From assembly GCF_006345805.1 (NCBI RefSeq), contig NC_043002.1:29946001-30010000 (forward strand): DNA of 64,000 bases, written 5' to 3'. Both the position numbers and the translations under genes were made by a program. Shown piece by piece: positions 54,675 through 64,000 of the stretch (positions are counted from its first letter, which is position 1; the number at the start of each line of letters is the position of its first letter). This DNA comes from Octopus sinensis (taxonomy: Eukaryota). The notes beneath the pieces are model-generated. The model made no database searches. It saw only the letters and a list, made by a program, of their open reading frames with translations, and was not told where the DNA came from.

Positions 54675-56566
54675 CGCGCGCAGACCATGGACCTCGAAGC
54701 CAAAGACTAAAGAGATCATATTTTCTTCGAAAATATACAGCTATAATTTCTCTCTCCTTGTGCTGTCTTACGTACAATTTGCTCAGTCTGTTACTCCCCT
54801 GGGACTCTCTTCTATGAAGAAGGCATGTTTAAAACTCTGACCCGAGGACCAGTGTGACACCTCCAAGTTCTATACGCCTTAGCTACAAGATCCTCTTCCG
54901 CTATTTGACCAACAACTAGGGTCCTTGATAAGTACTCTCATTCCGAATCTAAAAGGACCTAGTTGTAAAGGTAACTAAAGGACCACCTTAGACTCCCCAA
55001 AATCCTGAACTCCCTAGATAGAGCCTTACAATAAGAACCAGTTCAATGCTATTCCTAGGTTTCTTCGGAAGCTACAGTGATTATATATAACTAAATACCC
55101 AGTCTTTCCTGCCCATCAAGTCAACCCGTTGAAATCCCTTCCCACCAATGCTTTTCCGCATAGGCAGATGTTTTACCTGACCATTAACCGCATCAATCTA
55201 TCCTATGGGGTGGGGCGGACCTACAACAATGATCACAGGCACGTTCCCTTACACCAGGCTGAAGCATTTCAAAATATATTGGACCCGTCTTGCAGATTTT
55301 GATGTAATCACTGTTACCTTTTATTCATTAACTACACTGGGAAAAAAGAAAAAGAAAAACAATTTTATAGAGACTCAGTTTACACGGATTAAACCCAGCA
55401 TATACTGGGTATCTCAGACAAAATTTTTAAAAATCATAATACACTCCAGTGAGATTTGAACCCATAATTTTCACGAAAACAAAATCACTGTATCCATCAA
55501 GCCATCTAGTTCGCTACACCACCGGTCCAGCCATTCCACCCCCGTGGATAGACACAAGCAATGACGCAGGAAGTTCAGAAAGCACCTTTTCACTCACAAA
55601 ACCAGATTTCTGTTCACCTGTAATTAATACAATACATGAGATAAAAATAAAAGACAAAAAACTTACTAAAGTCAAATTAGTTTATTGTTTTAATTATATT
55701 CTTTGTTTATTGTTTATTGCTGCTTTTTTTTTTGTTAGTGTAGTTGCTGTAGTTGTTATTGCTACTATTGTCCTTATTTTTTTCGTTGATTTCTTTTCCT
55801 TTTATGATCGTTTTATTTGTATTATTTATATATTTATACATATATTATGTTTGCTTGATCTTTTTTTATATATATATTGTTAATTTTTCTTGTTTTCTTT
55901 TTTCCCTTTTTTTTTAGTTTTTTTTTTGGCTGCTTGTCGGGTTTTGATGTGAGTTCTTTCTGTTTTATTCATCTAATTGAACCTATAAATTGAAATGGTA
56001 AAACAATAGCAAACCGTAGAAGAAACAACAGCCACAAAAAACAGCATTATTATGATTACCACTTTTACTACTACTACTACCACTACCACTACTACTACTA
56101 GTGTCACTACCATCGCCACCACCATCACCGCCGCCACTACTACTACTACTACTATTGTCACCACCACCACCACCACCACGACTACTACTACTAGTGTCAC
56201 CACCACCGCCACCACCACCACTACTACTACTACTACTAGTGTCACCAGCACCAGCACCACCACCACCACCACTACTGCTACTACTATTACTACTACTATG
56301 TGTAGGATAACAACACTAACATAAACAAGACCACCACAATGTTGGCAGCGTGGCACGGAGGTCGAGTGTCGGGAATGTTTTTTGTAACTAACAATATTTT
56401 CCTATTCTACGAAGGTCGACTTTTCTTGCAAGAAATAGCAGCTAAACTTATTAAAATTACACCTTACTGCTGTCTTTTTTTCTTTTTTAAATAAGCATAT
56501 ATATTTATATGTGTATATGTATGTGTGTATTTACGTCCATGCATGCATGGGTATGTATAAGCCCAT

Positions 56567-56601
<35 letters not shown>

Positions 56602-57168
56602 GGAGTCGTAATTATATGGTTACTTGACTTGGGAGAAACAGACGCCAAATCTCCCTCAAACCATATAACGTCTTTTAACATTAAAGAAAAACAACAGAAA
56701 GAGCAGATAAAAACCTCGGACATTTAGTCATAGATTTAATAAAGAGACGAAAGTGTTACAACTAGAACGACTTTGATACCAGAAATTTACCCGAGGAACG
56801 CTGACATGCTACCATACACACAACAACAACAACAACAATAAACAGCATATTTAATGTGGTGTAATTTAATAGTGATTATTCACTTTTCTCGTTTGCTTTT
56901 CAGGAGAGGCGGAGGATTGGTTTCAATGAACACGTTATAAAACTGCCACTTCTTTCTTTGTTATTACTAAGAGGAAATGAACTCGAAGTCGACCCCAGTA
57001 AGACTCATTTCATAAATACAAGTTCATGATCTACACATAGGTCCACCAACGATATTGTAAAGTTGCATCTGCAACAGTGAGAAGTCGCTGTAGGTCATGA
57101 GTAGGTCATTATGATATACTGTACATAACTATAAAATAAATTTTGTGGATGTACAAGCTTCCATACTC

Positions 57169-57225
<57 letters not shown>

Positions 57226-57268
57226 GTTGTTGTTGTTGTTGTTGTTATTATTAATATATATATATTTG

Positions 57269-57301
<33 letters not shown>

Positions 57302-57315
57302 TGTATATATATATG

Positions 57316-57353
<38 letters not shown>

Positions 57354-57397
57354 CATATATATATGTATGTATATATATATATGTAATATATATATAT

Positions 57398-57549
<152 letters not shown>

Positions 57550-57706
57550 CATATATATATCTGTTAGTCCTATCACTTTTTTTCTCTCTCCGTTCTTTTC
57601 TCTCTCCCCAACTTTTTCCTCTCATCTCTTTGTGTCGAAAAGAATTGGCTTGAAACGTCAAAGACTTATCTATTTCTCCAGAGCGTCAAAATACTACAAC
57701 TGCTTT

Positions 57707-57818
57707 TGGTTCATTCAACTGCGTGGCATCTTGGGCAAGTGTCTTCTGCTATAGCCTCGGGCCGACCAATGCCTTGTGAGTGGATTTGATAGACGGAAAC
57801 TGAAAGAAGCCTGTCGTA

Positions 57819-57861
<43 letters not shown>

Positions 57862-58058
57862 GTGTGTATATGTTTGTGTGTCTGTGTTTGTCCCCCGCTT
57901 GTGTGTTTACGTCCCTGTCACTTAGCGGTTCGACAAAAAGAGACCGACAGAATAAGTACTGGGCTTACAAAGAATAAGTCCCGGGGTCGATTTGCTCGAC
58001 TAAAGGTGGTGCTCCAGCATAGCCGCAGTCAAATAACTGAAACAAGTAAAAGAGTAAA

Positions 58059-58060
<2 letters not shown>
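57707..58060 (+). mobile_element. SINE family A, 5'-truncated
   Basis: High similarity to 4818-5190. Confidence 0.9.
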
Positions 58061-58120
<60 letters not shown>

Positions 58121-58433
58121 TATATATATATGTATATATATATTATATCATTATATGTATGTATATATAATACACACACACACAGATATACATATATATA
58201 TAGTAACAAATTTAGGAAAAGTGATCCTTCAAAGGGGTGTGTTCGTCAGTTAAATACCATATCAATATTCGTAAAATGCAATTATAAAGATAAATTAATT
58301 AGCGAGATACTATTGACAATCCAATTATTTATTTATATTATAATATTACATGATATACTGTGAATAAAATATAACAAACAATTATTTAAAGAAAAACATA
58401 AAAGGCCAACAAATTGTTTCGACATATATATAT

Positions 58434-58526
<93 letters not shown>

Positions 58527-58527
<1 letters not shown>

Positions 58528-58715
58528 TAACTTGTTTTGCTCATTGCACTGCGGTGGTGCTGGTGCGTGTGCTTTGAAGGGAGCAGTCTAACAAATCGAC
58601 CGTAGCCATCTTTTAAAAATTTGTTAGTTATTTTATGTCTCATTTGCCGAACGGAGTCGTCAACAGATCTACCCCGTTTGCTAAGTAGTGGTGCTGGAAA
58701 CACATACAAAGACAC
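58527..58715 (-). mobile_element. SINE family A 3' fragment, old
   Basis: Diverged tail match. Confidence 0.55.
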
Positions 58716-58761
58716 ACATGCACACACAAACATACGCACACACATACACACATACATTTAC

Positions 58762-59455
58762 TAAAGCCGCAATAATCTTGGGCCGCACCCTCATCCCAAC
58801 TCGAAAATTAACAAACACACAATCAATGAGGATAAATATAAATTGAACCTTTATTAAGAATTGCAGTAATCACAATTTGAAACGATTAATGTGAAGGCTG
58901 GTGATTCTTTGAAACAGATAAAGAGTCAATGTATGTCTTGTTGGACGAGGAGGCCAGGAGGAGAACGTCTTGAAGATGAACGTCTGTAAGCTATGCTCTC
59001 GTCTTGTTCGTCAGCTTCATGCGGCTGAATAGCTGCTCGCAAGAGTATGTAGATCCGAACAAGGAACATGAGCGCAGGGCCTCCCGAACAAGAGCCGGGA
59101 AAACACGGGAGGCTGAGATCGAGCGCCAGAACTTCATGGCCGACACAAGCGCAAATTTGTGCGATGGCTCTCAGAGCACAGGAGCTCAATGAGCTCCAGC
59201 TGAAGGTCTCTGATCACTTCCACAGAATTCACATCAGTGGGAGCGGAGATTAGCTTCAGCTCCTTCTCACAGTCGCGCACATTCTTGAAGCGCCTCTGGA
59301 ACTCGCCTCGCAACTGATTGGCTGTTAAATTTACCGTCGGTTAAAAAAAACCCACCGGGTCGCAGGAAATGTCTCACGGCCCGCACTTAATGGAAATCCG
59401 TACAATGTACCGCGGGCCGCACAGAAGGAGCTCGCGGGCCGCATGTTGCCGACGC

Positions 59456-59458
<3 letters not shown>
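58762..59458 (-). mobile_element. Internally deleted hAT (Charlie/SPIN-like) transposon retaining the transposase C-terminus
   Basis: Terminus CAGGCGTCGGCAACATGCGGCCCGCG. Peptides LRGEFQRRF..LQLELIEL and FGSTYSCEQLFSRMK..LTDVHL..L.LA..IDSL..HQPSH* (stop at 58886-58888) match the hAT dimerisation domain. Confidence 0.85.
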
Positions 59459-59553
<95 letters not shown>

Positions 59554-59874
59554 ATTTATGTGCCCATCTTATATATTCAACTGATGAAGGCAGAGCTTAT
59601 TTGAAGCAAAGCTAGAAATCCAGGATCTTGAATTATTCAGTAATATCGTTTTGCTAGTCCATTTTGTCCCTCTCTTATCTCATGGTGCGATATGAACATT
59701 TAAGGTGGTTTTTAGACTCAGAGAGTTGACTGCTATTTCGGCATTGTGGTGTTTCTCAGACACCCTTATTTTTAGTTGGAAAAAATTATTACCTTTGTAT
59801 GATATTTATTCCCATGCTGGCCACTTGATAATATCGATATTATCCTTATTATAAATTTATATATATATATATGT

Positions 59875-60032
59875 GCGACCGGCTTTCAGTTTCCGTCTAC
59901 CAAATCAACTCAGAAAGCTTTTGTAGGCCCGGGGCTATAGCAAAAGACACTTGCACACGGTGTCACGCAGTGGAACTGAACTCGGAACGGTGTGGTTGGG
60001 AAACAAGCTTCTTACCAAGTAGCTATGGCAGC
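59875..60032 (-). mobile_element. SINE family A, 5' half
   Basis: Diverged head match. Confidence 0.7.
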
Positions 60033-60170
60033 ACCTACATTTCAGTGGACTTAGTTGAACTATCAGCAAAGTGAACTGTACAAAATTTTGAACTCCATTT
60101 GTAAGAATATTTTGTAAATTATTTACTCTGGCTAGCTGCCATTTCACTAGCGACAACCTTCACAATAATG

Positions 60171-60219
<49 letters not shown>

Positions 60220-60640
60220 GTATATAAGCCATTTAAGTTAAATAAAAATATTTATTTCATTGTTCTTGTTCTTGTTATATTATTGCAGTTACTATTTACA
60301 TGATTGTTGCTGTTATTGTGTTATGTGTTTTGTTGTTTATGTTATTTACTGAGACCTCCGAGAGTTGACATACTTTTTAATGTTTAATTATTAATTTTTA
60401 ATTACAAGTAATAAATAATGACATAGTTGGTTACAAACTTCGGAGGAACCAGTTACTTTGCTTACAGTTGCTTATGTGACAAGCGATTGCTTCTTATCTC
60501 GGTGCAGAAAAGAATTCATTCTAACGACACGATACCTTTATTATTATTATTATTATTTATTTTCTTTGAGCTTTCTGGTCGAGATTTACATAAATTGTGC
60601 GCGTTGGCTATGTAGGTATGGAAGATGAAAGTGCATGTCA

Positions 60641-60960
60641 AGGCGCGTGGCTTTGTGGTTAGGGTCTTCGGTTCACGATCGTAAGGTCGCGAGTTCAATT
60701 CTCGGCGACGCGTTGTATTCCTGAACAAAAGACTTTATTTCACTCTGCTGCAGTTTACTCAGCTTGTAAAAATGAGTAGTACCTGTATTTCAAAGGACCA
60801 ACCTTGTCACACTTTGTTTCACGCTGAATTACCCTTGGAATTACATTAAGGGTATGGGTGTCTGTGGAGTGCTCAGCCAATTGCACGTTAATTTCACGAG
60901 CAGGCTGTTCTGTTGATCACAGCAACTGGTACCCTCGTTGTCGTAGTTGAGGGAGTGCCG
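60641..60960 (+). mobile_element. tRNA-derived SINE family C
   Basis: ggcgcgtggctttgtggttagg (A-box like), gagttcaattc (B box), then aaaaatgagtagtacctg and a distinct tail. Confidence 0.8.
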
Positions 60961-61527
60961 TGTATATACATATATGTGATGCGTCTAATGCATCTCTCTT
61001 CCCCTTTCCTCCTCTGTCAAAATGTAAATATTTCTGCACGCTCTAGCGTGCATGTGGGTCTCTTTGGCTGTAGTCCCGGTAAGTAAATTTACTGAAAGCA
61101 GGCTCAATGTCCATTTGGCCCGAGCCAAATCACCAGCTTGCAATCAGTATCGCTTTGTCGTCTCAACTCGCTCACGGGAGGAGATCTCAGTCGTCTTGAG
61201 TTACTTCTACCACCGAACCTGTTTCATTCTTAGTGAAGATAATGATGCTTGGAGAGATGGTCCCCTTAATTCACTATAAATCAAGAACGTTGCATGTCAG
61301 GGCTACTTGTTGCCGCTGTATCGACTGCAATATCTCACTCGTGACACTAAGTGATGCATGGATTCATTTGTCACATGAGTTGTTTTCAGCTCCTTGTAAC
61401 AGCATTCAAAGGATCCACAATGGAAAGGGTCAGGGTCTTACGCACTAATATAGATGAATACATTCATAGATACATACAGAAGACACGCACGCATTCTACC
61501 TCTCTCTCTTTCTCTCTCTCACATACA

Positions 61528-61905
61528 TCTATTATATAAAATCCGTTCTGTCTGCCTGTGTGTCTTCTAGGATCTCGGGCATCCTCCACCCGATTGCGCT
61601 CACTTTTGATATGTAAATACCGACGCTATCAGGGCATGTATAAATCTTGAAAAAATTACAAAAATCGATTCCAGGTGAGAATGCGATCAATAAAGCCGTG
61701 TGAACGTGCATTTGTAAAATCGTTTTTCTTGGAATAGAAAAAAAGTCTATCTTTACTTCTTCATTTGCTGGTGTCTCAAATTTAGGTTAAATCAGTGTTT
61801 CTTAAAGTGGAGGCCTATGGGACGGTCGGACAAGTTGTTTTGAGAAAATTTGGTTTAAATGTTAGACAACTCAGCACCGTCCATTGGACGGGGGGCGTTT
61901 TGCTC

Positions 61906-61906
<1 letters not shown>
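61528..61906 (+). mobile_element. Non-autonomous Helitron-like element, copy 2
   Basis: Inserted at A^T with no TSD. Starts TCTATTATATAAA, has the subterminal hairpin ccgtcc(att)ggacgg, and ends CTCG. Confidence 0.75.
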
Positions 61907-61962
<56 letters not shown>

Positions 61963-62194
61963 AACATATTTGTATGCTTATACATATATACTCACACACA
62001 GTTTAACATATACAAATATAGGCATATATGTATATATGTATACATGTATGAGTGTGTGCGTGCGCGCATACATGCGAGTGAGTGAATATATATATAGAGA
62101 GAAGGACGGGATGACAGAAAAACTAACAGATAGCTAGAGAGAGAATATGAGTGAGAGAGAGAGATGGGAGAGGGAAGAGACAGACACATAGAAA

Positions 62195-62594
62195 ATATTC
62201 TTTTCTGCTCTAGGCACAAGGCCCGAAATTTGTGAGGAGGGAGCCAGTCGATTAGATCGACGCCAGTACGCAACTGGTACTTAATTCATCGATCCCGAAA
62301 GGATGAAAAGCAAAGTCGACTTCGGCGGAATTTGAACTCAGAGCGTTAAGACAGACGAAATACCTATTTCATTACTACCCACAAGGGGCTAAACACAAGG
62401 GGGACAAATAAGGACAGACAAAAGGATTAAGTCGATTACATCGACCCCAGTGCGTAACTGGTACTTATTTAATCGACTCCGAAAGGATGAAAGGCAAAGT
62501 CGACCTCGGCGGAACCTGAACTCAGAACGTAACGGCAGACGAAATACGGCTACGCATTTCGCCTGGCGTACTAACGTTTCTGCTAGCTCGCTGT
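62195..62594 (-). mobile_element. SINE family B, dimeric form
   Basis: Same head-core-linker-core-tail layout as 36735-37140. Confidence 0.9.
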
Positions 62595-63867
62595 CACACA
62601 TAGGAAATATTGAAATTATTTTGTTGGAATACTGCGGTCTACGCATTTATGAATTCGTCATGATGATTTTGAGTCTTCGCATAAGAATTTGATTTACTTC
62701 AGTGTAAAGAGACAAAGAGAAACAAAATATAAATTTTCTTTTGTTTTGTTTTTCTTCGCTCAACAGCAACCAAATGTGTCACTGATTTGTTGCCTTGAAT
62801 CCGTGATATTTGTTTGGCTCTTCTGTGTTACTCTGCGAAATGGCTTTATGTATCTTGTGTGCTTTAATGTTTTTGTGTTCTTTGAAACGGGATTAATAAG
62901 GGTCTTGTTGTATTTACGATTCTGAATTTGATAATTACGAGTTCTAAAGGAATGTATGTCGTCGTTGCTAGAGGAGAACTTAGGAATAATTAGAGACGAA
63001 ATGTTAGCAAATGTAAAATATCCCAAGACCACATCAACAGCAATTACAAGTGCATAACTTTATTCACAACGGAAAGCTTTATAATGAACAGGGACAAAGC
63101 GTTGCTTCGTCATCAAATTTCCAAACAAGTAACGGAAGCCTCCCAATGACTGAAATAAAAATAAAAGCTTTTTTCTTTTTAATTAGTTCGGATCAACGAT
63201 AGAGATCAAAAATAGACTTCATTAAGTAAAATGACCATCAAAATTTTGACATTCTGTTTGTAGCAATGCAAGAAATACTAAGAATAACACGAACCTGAAC
63301 AGGAGGTAGCGAAATGCTTTCTGGAAAATATGGATCATGCGACATGTTTTAAATTTATCTGGAATCCATAATGTTAGGATGCAACGGAGAGGGCAAATAT
63401 GTACAACACAGCAGATATCCTGCTGAATTGCAAAATAAAACTAATATAATGGGTGATTGTATTGACGAATACGTTAGAAATATAGTCGTAACAGCATTGT
63501 TTTGGAAACGAACGTTTAAGAAATTTAGGGAAGAAACAAAAATTGCAAGCTGTGTTCAAAGTTGCTTTTGGTCAATGTTGAATATCGTCAGGTACATCCG
63601 GTGACAAAGTTTTGGTTGTACTTTTGCATCAAATTCGGCATCACTATTGCTACTAATGATTTGGTAGTAATATCTAATACCTACTTGTGCAAGCAGTTTA
63701 TCTGAACTTTTGGTATGTGCAACCCGAGAAAATGTAATAAATCATACGAATTTTGCAAGACTGCATTTTAAAATATTGGTAAAATAAGAATTACAAATAT
63801 TATTCCTGGCTGAGCAAATAAATTTAGTACATATCACACTAAAATTACGGAAAAAGCAGCAGAAATC

Positions 63868-64000
63868 CCTTAGAAGGAGGAGACCCCCTTCGGTCATGAA
63901 TGACCATGGAATTGCACCTAGAAAGTTGCCCTTCCAGGCACAAGTCCGGGCAAGGTTTTTTGTGGAGGCCAGAGTCACCCATGCATACCAGCCTCCCCTC
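63868..64000. repeat. Start of an interspersed repeat cut by the window edge (possibly RTE-related UTR)
   Basis: Abrupt GC-rich segment cccttagaaggaggagacccccttcggtcatgaatgaccatgg. The family assignment is from memory only. Confidence 0.3.

Noticed and set aside
54830-55300. Possible L1/Tx1 fragment (..KSIGGKG..)
   Set aside because: It rests on one weak motif amid many stops.
61052-61448. Unique higher-complexity segment with short ORFs
   Set aside because: There is no recognisable domain or splice support. RNA-seq or homology would be needed.

Overview
AT-rich, microsatellite-saturated animal DNA with no supportable host gene. Its SINE families resemble those I recognise from octopus/coleoid cephalopods (inference, not a database result). 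Nearly all long ORFs in the track are translations of (TA)n, (CA)n or trinucleotide repeats. Recognisable content: three tRNA-type SINE families; decayed RLE-type non-LTR retrotransposons (Dong/R4-like copies in (TAA)n, plus HERO-like and CRE-like fragments); Penelope-like (PLE) remnants; Tc1 and hAT remnants; MITEs; and two copies of a non-autonomous Helitron. The main signal is at least six unrelated short non-coding families that each carry a type I hammerhead ribozyme (HHR) fold. Most occur as inverted (foldback) pairs in microsatellites, several with non-canonical cores (C3U/G8A, A6C/U, U4C). They include a SINE with a tRNA (Pol III) head and an HHR tail, and a young 362-bp circularly permuted retrozyme-like unit. 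Also notable is an internally deleted, bipartite Dong/R4 element. All ribozyme folds were read by eye and none has been tested.
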